A DNA stretch of 64,000 nt from Methanobacteriota archaeon. Lineage in GTDB: Archaea; Thermoplasmatota; Thermoplasmata; SG8-5; JAGLSY01. The stretch is from NCBI GenBank assembly GCA_020696385.1, contig JAEHCQ010000007.1:56818-120817 (forward strand), in the 5' to 3' direction. Numbering within the stretch: the stretch's first letter is position 1; every line of letters begins with the position of its first letter. Both the position numbers and the translations under genes were made by a program. The notes under the pieces are model-generated. The model was not told the origin of the DNA, made no database searches, and saw only the letters and a list, made by a program, of their open reading frames with translations. Positions 30,301 through 37,497 of this stretch are shown here, in pieces.

Positions 30301-30518
30301 ATGGTGCTGAAGCCAACTACACATTTGCCACACCTGGCAGCTATATTGTGACACTCAATATCACTGATGGACAGGGCCAGTGGGATCTGGATTGGATCGA
30401 AGTCGAGGTATTGCTGGCTCCAGAATTCCCGGCTCCCCTGATACCCATATTGCTGATGATCAGTATTCCAATGCTGCTTCGTAGACGACGCAAGGACATG
30501 GAGGAGGTTCTCCCATGA
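24372..30518 (+). CDS. Giant cell-surface protein: NG-repeat N-terminus, TM, LamG-like, PKD and two Kelch-type propeller modules, PEF-CTERM anchor
   Basis: (GLVNGN)n; WTFNEGSG..D.SG LamG start; AGPDQ..FDGSGS.D..W.W.F PKD; R..H.MAYD..VLFGG..DTWEYD repeats; APEFP + TM + RRRRK. Confidence 0.85.
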   Translation: MKHNSSIKSNDIGSARIPSSKGFTNGNSGHNHTGFTNGSTKAQKNMTNIGGMTNGVQRSGMVNGSGMVNGSGLVNGNVMVNGNGLVNGNGLVNGNGLVNGNGMVNGNGLVNGNGLVNGTGMTNGLVGTPKLSINNKAMAPKKTSYVLIVVFLLMVTSSFAVLTFDDSIVGMRVDGDFADWDDQYLISDTNTISTTSLDIDEYGVSTDDNGDMFIYAKAKGTWMGSSEAEGLLVFIDSDGTESTGYSIEGMGADHVLEVYGWDGKISGRQFGTFNGEDSDDYTWSFGSARGAIGEEHLEAGIPITPSANYKLLFMTKSGDDIGEICPAQISEGKGSVVLKQTPADVNGIISANKLMDIQVTAYGKDVTVSSISMSDSAASVSGLPVSIKAGETITLTAEKTTPAAGTLMMAKVNAVVCDVPYSITGEGLKAYASAAPSTITIDGAFADWTGINKSADPAGDVSNPGIDIVEFASANTTTNAFFYLRTDDDGKMMAGSQVPYSRYKPTPSTQPSTPSTNGSSQPSTPSTPKKLPKLSGEDVTRIYIDTIQSMDPLDGMGADFLIEIKGMRGKVTSSKLYSYPNMEFIKDVSAASGKLELESGVGLSDIQFTNNISIYFESTDWQGNYEITEIIDCQELQQGTRGDSEAGPSYTTPSGLKGQWTFNEGSGGTAYDISGNYHNLTLYNTADWATGLNDTGAVFDGVASLIGNDEFPSYTEISIGYWVQNSTVGIPNIAKYNDTWDWGYIDYYTMLTSDSTGYIAFGVNATDNVTVDNLPALGSDWRHIMITASNISKEVAVYYDAVLQGSKTFTGDLKEIGNGWLMGGWDEGMPSDGTMDEWKIFDNVLSASQITAEYEEFHPDAYAGPDQNVDEDTVMSFDGSGSTDNDGVTNWTWTFTDDGAKTIYGISPSYTFNTPGTYNVTLTVTDAFMGNTDEDWVHITVLDATSPIIEDTTIGAPINNGTFNITAKITDFSSLAVTEVYYYVLTATGFTTPITIAMEGSGPYYKEVAVPEFAEELVYSITATDIEANTDSTALEWVYAQSNDDDTFLWEDMNPIPRPNPRYYHDMAYDSTNDKVVLFGGYSGGALADTWEYDYNTNTWSGPYYPALRPTARYSHAMTFDSDRDKVILFGGYSTDNYIWEYDVTTHTWAGPINPAYKPASTYDHELVYDPINEKVILFGGVQSGSRTNAVWEYYPATQHWQGPYYGSPIPSPRTQYTMSYDSVAEKVIMFGGDDGALDQETWEWDPTARTWNGPLIPATKPSIRRDSEVEYFTSEGKHVLFGGQSNSFGPQETWEFNERNDSWVGPFMPTVKPSLRLAHAMVYDSESDRMILFSGWWSSIYRQETYAGYYDNPPTALAGADQTKNEDILVELNATASTDNNQIDNYTWFFNDSGMQYLYGNVTNYTFSTPGIYQVALNTTDDLGQWDLDWTIITVLDATNPIADAGSDQILYEDVDVTFNGSDSMDNVGITNYTWTFDDGSPRTLYGIGPSYSFPVTTSVYVVELNVTDAEGNWHTNTMTVTIDDVNTPVITDTTILFPVNDQNFNITAEIEDWLPITAHVEYYFETISGNTTLTNVTMDVGSFYKEIAVPEFAQVLHYSIRAVDSEGNWANTSTVDMYAQSSPDSTIIWEGPYNPAPKPGGRRYAAMAYDEANDKVVMFGGYSGVSSLSDTWEFDTNTMTWSGPYNPVPKPNPRYGAEMVYDPVSNRMIMFGGASVDNWIWEYDTLNHTWSSYVPAYKPDQTYYHRMVYDSDNEKVILFGGIRFGSRSNQIWEYFPDTKHWEGPIIQGGISPRTEFAMSYDPIAKKAIIFGGYDGSNDEQTWEYDPASRTSTQILPSWRPNPKYGQFMVYVPDKAKHVMFGGLGSATQETWEYDGVTHTWNGPIMPTLKPGSRACHMMAYDIESEKIVLFGGFVGSYYSDTWAGYYDNPPTALAGSNQTQDEDTVVFFNGSSSFDNDAVTNYTWIIDDGGLQYVYGAEANYTFATPGSYIVTLNITDGQGQWDLDWIEVEVLLAPEFPAPLIPILLMISIPMLLRRRRKDMEEVLP

Positions 30519-31642
30519 GTCCAGAAGAAGCGATAATGGAGGAAGACCTGGCCGAGTGCCCCACCTGCGGAGAACTTATTCCAGAGGATGCTGGCAAGTG
30601 TCCAGAATGCGGCGAGGAATTCGATGAGGGCTTTGAGGAAGAGATGGAAGAAAAGACCCTTGAAGTTGCTGAGGTCAAAGAGAAGCCAAAAGCAAAGCCC
30701 AAGATGGAAAAGAAGTTCAAGAAAGAGAAGGATGATAAGAAGAAGTTCAAGGAAGATATCCAGAAGGAGAAAGAAATGGATAAGATGCCTGAAACTTCTG
30801 GTGTGAAATACACGCTTCTCATCATCGGAATCATATTCACCCTTATCGGAATGTTTGGAGTTGTAGGACTGCGAACTGGTATCGTGCAATCACTTTTGGG
30901 AGATGCCAGTGCATATCCCGGTATAGGATCTGTCGAGCCAACGGGACATATTGTTTCCATGATCCCATTCGCGCTAGGATTGGTCACCATATTCATATGG
31001 GGGATCAAGAACGAACCGCTCTATGTTGAGAAAGGAGAGCTGGTTGAAGAAGAGAAGGAAGATAAATTTTCCTTCGAGGATGATGTTGATGAAGAAGATG
31101 TGAGTGTCCCAGAGCCTGTCAAAGATATACCAATTAAAGCTAGACCTCAACCACAGGTAGCTGAAAAACCAAAACCACATGTCTCAAAGGAGCCTGTCTC
31201 TAAACCACCCAGTGCGGAGATCGCGGATGTCTTGGATGAGATTGATGCGGAGATCGAAGCCGAGGATATAGAAGATATCGATGAACTAGATGGACTGGCA
31301 GAAAACCTTGCTGAAGAAGAGAGGAAGGAATCTTGCAGAGCCATGCTAATAGAAGCTATCGTACTTGACGAGGACAGAAAGGAATTATCAAAGCAGATCC
31401 TGCTTGGGGCATCAGAGGATGCATTCAAAATAATGGTCAAAAAAGCTGAACAAAAGAAGATCAAGAAAGAGGGCGAGCTCAAGAAGCAGTATGAGAAGAT
31501 GGATGCAGATGAGATCGGACAGAGCCTTGAGGACGAATTGGCTGCAGAGCTGGCATTGCTTGAAGAAGAGCTTGAAGAAGATGACGAAGAGGACCTTGAA
31601 GAGAAAATCTTAAAAGAGATAGAGGACCTTGAGGATCTGTAG
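30515..31642 (+). CDS. Zinc-ribbon, two-TM, highly acidic protein
   Basis: CPTCG..CPECG, two TM helices, D/E-rich tail. Confidence 0.7.
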   Translation: MSPEEAIMEEDLAECPTCGELIPEDAGKCPECGEEFDEGFEEEMEEKTLEVAEVKEKPKAKPKMEKKFKKEKDDKKKFKEDIQKEKEMDKMPETSGVKYTLLIIGIIFTLIGMFGVVGLRTGIVQSLLGDASAYPGIGSVEPTGHIVSMIPFALGLVTIFIWGIKNEPLYVEKGELVEEEKEDKFSFEDDVDEEDVSVPEPVKDIPIKARPQPQVAEKPKPHVSKEPVSKPPSAEIADVLDEIDAEIEAEDIEDIDELDGLAENLAEEERKESCRAMLIEAIVLDEDRKELSKQILLGASEDAFKIMVKKAEQKKIKKEGELKKQYEKMDADEIGQSLEDELAAELALLEEELEEDDEEDLEEKILKEIEDLEDL

Positions 31643-31644
31643 GT

Positions 31645-32145
31645 GTGACATTGGCCCAGTTGAAATTGAGAAGAAGGCACAGACTGAGACGCAAGGAGAT
31701 AATCAAACTCAGTGATGAGATAAAGGACATTCTGGAATGCGAGACCTTCAATGAAGAAGATAATGTGGAAACTGCCAATGCTGGAGACAATGATCTTATT
31801 CTCTACAAGGGAGTTCCTTTCGGCATATACATCGATGAAAAGCCCTTTCTTTTGATAAGAGGCATACTCAAATTCATGCCAGATAAGAAATGGATCACTG
31901 TCGATATGGGAGCTGTGAAATTCCTGGCCAATGGTGCGGATGTCATGTCCCCTGGCATCGTGGATGCGGATATGGGAATTGTTCCTGGAGAAGGCGTGTG
32001 GATAAGGGATGAAAGGAACAAGAAGCCACTGGCTGTCGGGATCGCCCAGATGCCAGCAGATGAAATGGTCAATACGAAAAGCGGTAAGGCGGTCAAGACC
32101 ATCCATTATATCGGAGACAAGATCTGGAAACTGAGCGAGGAGTAG
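31645..32145 (+). CDS. PUA-domain RNA-binding protein (MCT-1/Tma20 homolog)
   Basis: VDMGAVKFLANGADVMSPGIV, KAVKTIHYIGDKIW. Confidence 0.9.
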   Translation: MTLAQLKLRRRHRLRRKEIIKLSDEIKDILECETFNEEDNVETANAGDNDLILYKGVPFGIYIDEKPFLLIRGILKFMPDKKWITVDMGAVKFLANGADVMSPGIVDADMGIVPGEGVWIRDERNKKPLAVGIAQMPADEMVNTKSGKAVKTIHYIGDKIWKLSEE

Positions 32146-32241
32146 GCCCATTCATGCTCATTTATACTTAATCTATATATATTAAAAGGCTATGTAGCGG
32201 TCTACTCTGCCACAGGTACAGGTGAAACGGAGAGAATCAAT

Positions 32242-32637
32242 ATGGTTGAATTCAAAGCAAATATATCTGACCAGAAATCAGGAAAGTCCTATCAAAGGGA
32301 AATAAGCGGTCATCAGGCTAGCGCGCTTCTAGGTAAGAAGATCGGAGATACCGTAGATGGTATCTTCATGGAAATGCCTGGATACAAGCTGGAGATAACT
32401 GGCGGCAGCGATAAAGATGGTTTTAGCATGAGGAAGGACCTTCCAGGACCTCGCAGAAAGAAACTTCTTGTATCAAAGGGCATTGGCTTCAATCCCAATA
32501 AGGACGGCGAGAGGAGAAGGAAGAATTACAGAGGAGATACGATATCTCCTGATATTGTCCAGCTCAACCTTAAGATCGCCAGAATGGGTCCAAAGAAGGT
32601 TGAAGATCTGCTTGGCTCCCCTGAGGAGACAAAATGA
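32242..32637 (+). CDS. rps6e: 30S ribosomal protein eS6
   Basis: [24 protein letters not shown]. Confidence 0.95.
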   Translation: MVEFKANISDQKSGKSYQREISGHQASALLGKKIGDTVDGIFMEMPGYKLEITGGSDKDGFSMRKDLPGPRRKKLLVSKGIGFNPNKDGERRRKNYRGDTISPDIVQLNLKIARMGPKKVEDLLGSPEETK

Positions 32638-33863
32638 AGGGTAAGAAACAGCCAGAAGTCAATATTGGCATGATAGGCCATGTGGATCATGGCAAGACAA
32701 CCCTTACAAAGGCTCTGACCGGTGACTGGACAGACAGGCATTCGGAAGAGATCAAGCGTGGAATTTCTATTAAATTAGGCTATGCGGATGCAACAATTTA
32801 CAAGTGTCCAGAATGTCCAGATGGCGAGAATTACACGGTAAAGAAGAAATGCTCCTGTGGTAAAGCCACGGTAGCTCAGAGATCCATATCTTTTGTAGAT
32901 GCGCCAGGTCACGAGACCCTGATGGCCACCATGCTTTCCGGAGCTGCCATTATGAACGGTGCACTTCTACTTATCGCGGCCAATGAAACATGCCCACAGC
33001 CACAGACAAAAGAACACCTGATGGCATTGACAATATCAGGTGTTGAGAGCATCATCATAGTTCAGAACAAGATAGATCTAGTAAGTGAAGAAGAGGCCAT
33101 GAAGAACTATGAAGAGATAAAGAAATTCGTTAAGGGCTCCATAGCGGAGGATGCCCCAGTCATACCAATATGCGCCCATAATGAGGTAAATGTTGGATTC
33201 TTGATAGATGCCATTGAGCAGCATATCCCTTCACCAGAACTTCAGGAAGATCTGCCACCCAGGATGTTCGTTGCAAGATCTTTCGATGTTAACAATCCAG
33301 GGAACGGACCTGATGACCTCATTGGTGGTGTCATCGGCGGCACATTGATCCAGGGTGTCTTCAAGAAAGGACAGGACATAGAGATATCACCTGGAGTGAA
33401 GATCGAGGTCAAGGGACAATCAGAGTGGAGCAAGATAGAAAGCAAGATCACATCCCTGCATGCAGGAGGCCAGCTTCATAAAGAGGTGAAGCAGGGTGGC
33501 CTTATTGCAGTTGGGACCTTGCTCGATCCAAATATCACAAAATCAGATACATTGATCGGCAGGGTGGTGGGAACCCCTGGCACATTACCAGATGTTCTTC
33601 ATTCATTTTCAATGAACATCAATCTTCTGGAAAGAGTCGTGGGATCCGAGAAAGAGCTGGAGGTGGACAGTCTGAAGACCAATGAGCCACTTATGCTCAA
33701 TGTTGGAACCAGCACCACTGTAGGACTGGTATCCAGCGCCAGAAAGGACGTTGCAGATGTCAAGCTAAAGATACCGGTATGCGCGGAAAAGGGCCAGAGA
33801 GTGGCCATCAGCAGGCGTATCTCCGGCAAGTGGCGATTGATCGGGTACGGTATCATAAGATGA
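32634..33863 (+). CDS. eif2g: Translation initiation factor aIF2 gamma subunit
   Basis: [44 protein letters not shown]. Confidence 0.97.
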   Translation: MKGKKQPEVNIGMIGHVDHGKTTLTKALTGDWTDRHSEEIKRGISIKLGYADATIYKCPECPDGENYTVKKKCSCGKATVAQRSISFVDAPGHETLMATMLSGAAIMNGALLLIAANETCPQPQTKEHLMALTISGVESIIIVQNKIDLVSEEEAMKNYEEIKKFVKGSIAEDAPVIPICAHNEVNVGFLIDAIEQHIPSPELQEDLPPRMFVARSFDVNNPGNGPDDLIGGVIGGTLIQGVFKKGQDIEISPGVKIEVKGQSEWSKIESKITSLHAGGQLHKEVKQGGLIAVGTLLDPNITKSDTLIGRVVGTPGTLPDVLHSFSMNINLLERVVGSEKELEVDSLKTNEPLMLNVGTSTTVGLVSSARKDVADVKLKIPVCAEKGQRVAISRRISGKWRLIGYGIIR

Positions 33864-34231
33864 AGATAGTTATCGCGGACTCAAACGCCCTTCTCATGCC
33901 TTTCAAGAATTCTATCAATATCGATTCCGAGCTGACAGGCATTTTAGGCAGCTACAAGATCATGGTCCCCGCACCGATAATCGGGGAGCTGAGGAAACTG
34001 AGTGAAAAGATCCCAGAGGCCAGGATCGCATTGAAACTGGCCATGACGAAGGAGCTGGTGGAAACTGAAGCAATGGGTGATGCTTCAGTCATCGAGGCCG
34101 CTATCAAGATGGATGGGATAGTTTTGACAAATGATAGGGAGCTTATTGGTATTGCCTTGAAGCAGAGAATTCCAGTTATCAGAATGATGGGAAAAAAGAG
34201 ACTGGTTCTCACAGATCATAAGAATCGATGA
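33860..34231 (+). CDS. PIN-domain protein (Fcf1/Utp24-like)
   Basis: [22 protein letters not shown]; conserved position after eif2g; ATGA overlap start. Confidence 0.85.
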   Translation: MKIVIADSNALLMPFKNSINIDSELTGILGSYKIMVPAPIIGELRKLSEKIPEARIALKLAMTKELVETEAMGDASVIEAAIKMDGIVLTNDRELIGIALKQRIPVIRMMGKKRLVLTDHKNR

Positions 34232-34339
34232 TGGTGTGGTCATTTATCATTTTACATTATGAATTGTCAATATTGCAATAATCCATATTTTGAAATTTTG
34301 AAGCAAAGTGTTTTTATGAGATACGTATAACCATCTTGC

Positions 34340-34990
34340 ATGAACTGGGAGATCGAAGTACTGAAGATACTGGGGTTAAAGGGAGCCCTAAATGGCTTCA
34401 TAACCGTCACATCCAGTGAGCTGGCTGAAGATCTTGACACCAGCCAGCAGACCGCCTCCAATCGCATTCTATCGATCCTGAAGAATGGGAATATAGAAAG
34501 GAAGATGGGCACTCGACATCAGAGGATCAAAATCACCGCCAAGGGCAGAAATATGCTCTGCAAGGAATATGCGGACTACAAGGCCATATTCAAACCCGTG
34601 GAGGAGATCATCATGATAGGATCCGTATCCGCGGGATTGGGGGAAGGCCAGTATTATGTCGCACAGTATGCGAAACAGTTCGAGGCCAGCCTGGGATTCA
34701 AGCCTTTTGAGGGGACTCTTAATCTTACAGTGGATGAGGAAAATGCGCAGAAGCTCAGCCACGTTCCCAGATCGGCCATCATCGAGATCGAGAGCTTCAA
34801 GGCAGATGGTCGGAGCTTTGGGAAAGTATCCTGCATACCTGCGAGGATCAGGGATGTGCAATGCGCCATCGTGATACCAAAACGATCACATCATATCAAT
34901 GTGATCGAGGTACTGGCACAGTACCATCTTAGAAAGAATCTGAAGGTCAAGGAAGGCGAAGACCTTGAGATCATTATAAATATTGAGTGA
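34340..34990 (+). CDS. ribK: CTP-dependent riboflavin kinase with N-terminal winged HTH (RbkR-type)
   Basis: ELA..L.TSQQTAS HTH; GLGEGQYY, PFEGTLN, LRKNL. Confidence 0.9.
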   Translation: MNWEIEVLKILGLKGALNGFITVTSSELAEDLDTSQQTASNRILSILKNGNIERKMGTRHQRIKITAKGRNMLCKEYADYKAIFKPVEEIIMIGSVSAGLGEGQYYVAQYAKQFEASLGFKPFEGTLNLTVDEENAQKLSHVPRSAIIEIESFKADGRSFGKVSCIPARIRDVQCAIVIPKRSHHINVIEVLAQYHLRKNLKVKEGEDLEIIINIE

Positions 34991-35894
34991 TCAGATGATT
35001 GATATCTTACTGGTATGGGGGATCATCATCGCTTCCCTATTGTACGTGGCCTGGAAAAAGGCTTACATGAGCCAGATACTCATAATTACAAATTTCATCA
35101 TTTTCATCTACTACATCATTCTGCAACAGACTGACATTGTGAGAGCATATGATATGGTACATGGATTGACCTTCGTGCCTGCCAGGTTGGGAAATATCGG
35201 ATACTCGCACACCCTGATAACATCCATGTTCATGCACTCGAATGGCTTCCACATACTGGGAAATTGTCTTTTCCTCTACCTGCTGGGTATGCCCCTGGAG
35301 GAAAGGATCGGAACAAAGAGATGGGCGATCCTGTATTTCTCGACCGGGATAATCGCCACCTTCAGTTTCTACCTCTTCAACATAGATTCGATCGGTCATC
35401 TTCTTGGAGCATCTGGAGCGATCTTCGGAATTGCTGGCTCCCTGCTTGTCCTGTACCCGAATGACAAGGTACTGCTTCCTATTCCTCTATTCTTCATCAT
35501 GCTTTTCAGAAGGGTGAAGGTGTGGATCGCTGTCGGCCTCTTATTCGTTATAGAGACCGTCCTGGTCATTATCGCGGTACAGGACGGAGTGGCACATATC
35601 GCTCACGTTGGTGGCCTGATAGGCGGCATATTCCTGGCCCCCTTGATATTCGAGAGAACGAGGACGGAATCCGAGAAGGACATAGATCTCTCTGGCCTAA
35701 AGGAAATTGCCACAACGGAGAAGGAGCTGGCCATCCTGGAGAAGATAGAGAATGAAGAAGTAGAGGATGTGCGAAAGGTGTGGGTGGACGAATTCTTCAA
35801 GGTAGCCACTTGCCCGTATTGTTCCCGACCACTTGAAAAAGTTTCTGGGAAGATCAAATGCGAGTGCGGTAAGGAATTCAAGGTACTGAAATAA
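34983..35894 (+). CDS. Rhomboid-family intramembrane serine protease with C-terminal zinc ribbon
   Basis: TSMFMH..HILGN, LGASGAIFG, AHIAHVGG, CPYC..CECG. Confidence 0.9.
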   Translation: MSDQMIDILLVWGIIIASLLYVAWKKAYMSQILIITNFIIFIYYIILQQTDIVRAYDMVHGLTFVPARLGNIGYSHTLITSMFMHSNGFHILGNCLFLYLLGMPLEERIGTKRWAILYFSTGIIATFSFYLFNIDSIGHLLGASGAIFGIAGSLLVLYPNDKVLLPIPLFFIMLFRRVKVWIAVGLLFVIETVLVIIAVQDGVAHIAHVGGLIGGIFLAPLIFERTRTESEKDIDLSGLKEIATTEKELAILEKIENEEVEDVRKVWVDEFFKVATCPYCSRPLEKVSGKIKCECGKEFKVLK

Positions 35895-35923
35895 ATTATT
35901 TCCTGAAATAGATTACTTCAGGC

Positions 35924-36580
35924 TTACTTATGAGCCTTCGCTTTCTTAATTATTACTTCAAAATCCCTAACACTGGCCGCAACATTTTCTGTTGCCACCG
36001 TCGCACTGATGGCACACACCGAATCCGCACCAGCTTTTACAACACTTTCCAGATTTTCTAAATCAATACCGCCAATTGCTATAACTGGTAGATCAGTAGC
36101 CTTCCTGAACTCAGTGATGCCAGCCAATCCAAGAGGCTGGCCTATGTCTGCTTTTGTCGTGGTGAAGAAAACTGGACTCACAGCGATGTAGTCCGCGCCC
36201 TTTGCCTCGGCTTCTGACACATCGGCCAGTGAACTGCATGATATGCCAATGATACCATTCGGGAAAATGCGCCTCGCTTCCTCCAGGGGCATGTCCAATT
36301 GCCCAAGATGAACACCATGAGCATCCACATCCAGTGCGATCTCCACACTGTTGTTTATCAGAAGATGGACACCAGCTTTTTTACACGTATTGACAAGTAT
36401 CCTTGCCTCGGCCAGCATTTCTGTTTTGGATCGATTCTTTTCCCGATACTGAATGACCCTGGCTCCCCCTCTTATCGCATCATCCACGTCCTTCAGACAA
36501 TCCTGTTTTGTCAGATTGGAATCCGTGATGAAATAGAAGTTCCAGTCAATTTCATTACCACTATTATTCGACATCCACAT
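35924..36580 (-). CDS. thiE: Thiamine-phosphate synthase
   Basis: YFITD, IQYREK, GVHLGQ.D, GADYI, T.TK.D, AIGGI. Confidence 0.93.
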   Translation of the reverse strand: MWMSNNSGNEIDWNFYFITDSNLTKQDCLKDVDDAIRGGARVIQYREKNRSKTEMLAEARILVNTCKKAGVHLLINNSVEIALDVDAHGVHLGQLDMPLEEARRIFPNGIIGISCSSLADVSEAEAKGADYIAVSPVFFTTTKADIGQPLGLAGITEFRKATDLPVIAIGGIDLENLESVVKAGADSVCAISATVATENVAASVRDFEVIIKKAKAHK

Positions 36581-37373
36581 TAGCTCCTTTGCAGATGTCT
36601 TCCGGACCGATATTCATAATGGTGTCGAACATGTGCATCTTCATCGTGCCTGGCCCGCTTGCTTTTTCAGCAGCCATTTCTCCCGCGATGCCGTATACCA
36701 CCATCGCGTTTACAGCTGCCTGTGTGGACTCATCACTGATAGCGACAAAAGCCCCGATAACGGAAGCGGCCATGCAACCGGTTCCAACAACTTCGCCCAT
36801 CCTGGCATGTCCGTTCTTGACCTTGAATACCTTTCTACCGTCGGTGATTATATCCTCGGCACCTGTGACGACCACTGTACAACCTGCATTGTCGGCCAGC
36901 GACTTGGCGTGAGTTAGCGCATCTCCATCGTGGGAGATCGACTCAACTCCACGGACTTCCGCCTGTGCTCCGGCCAATGTGGCTATCTCGCCCGCATTGC
37001 CCTTTATCACGCTTATTTGAACCTGATCCAGTATCTTCTTCGTGCTCTCGGTTCTAAGTGTTGTGGCTCCAGCTCCGACAGCATCCAGAATAACTGGCTT
37101 GTGAAGGCTATTGGCCTTTTTTCCGGCCTGTATCATGGCGTGTATCAGCTCGGGAGTGAGTGTTCCGATGTTCAGGACCAGGGAATTGGCTATGCCCACC
37201 ATTTCTTCAACTTCATCTTCCGCATGCGCCATGACCGGGTAAGCACCCAGGCTGCGTGTGATGCTCGCGCACTCGGATATCGTCACCCAGTTGGTTATGT
37301 GATGTACCAGTGGCGGCACCTCTCTCAGAAATTCCAGATCACTTATTGCGGATTCTACTTTGAAGCTTGTCAT
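36564..37373 (-). CDS. thiM: Hydroxyethylthiazole kinase
   Basis: PLVHHITNWV, LNIGT, IKGNAGEI, GTGC. Confidence 0.95.
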   Translation of the reverse strand: MTSFKVESAISDLEFLREVPPLVHHITNWVTISECASITRSLGAYPVMAHAEDEVEEMVGIANSLVLNIGTLTPELIHAMIQAGKKANSLHKPVILDAVGAGATTLRTESTKKILDQVQISVIKGNAGEIATLAGAQAEVRGVESISHDGDALTHAKSLADNAGCTVVVTGAEDIITDGRKVFKVKNGHARMGEVVGTGCMAASVIGAFVAISDESTQAAVNAMVVYGIAGEMAAEKASGPGTMKMHMFDTIMNIGPEDICKGANVDVE

Positions 37374-37497
37374 TCATATCACCTATTGAGGTTCACCTAT
37401 CAAAGTTGGTGAACCCCTGTATGTGGCGGTGAATCTGGACATGGCTAATAAATGTTATCAGTTAACGATAGTAAGGTCATTTGGAATATATGATGGA

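Noticed and set aside
37374-37497. TPP riboswitch upstream of thiM
   Set aside because: Lacks the CTGAGA and CCTGA...TAA...GCGnAGGGA signature.
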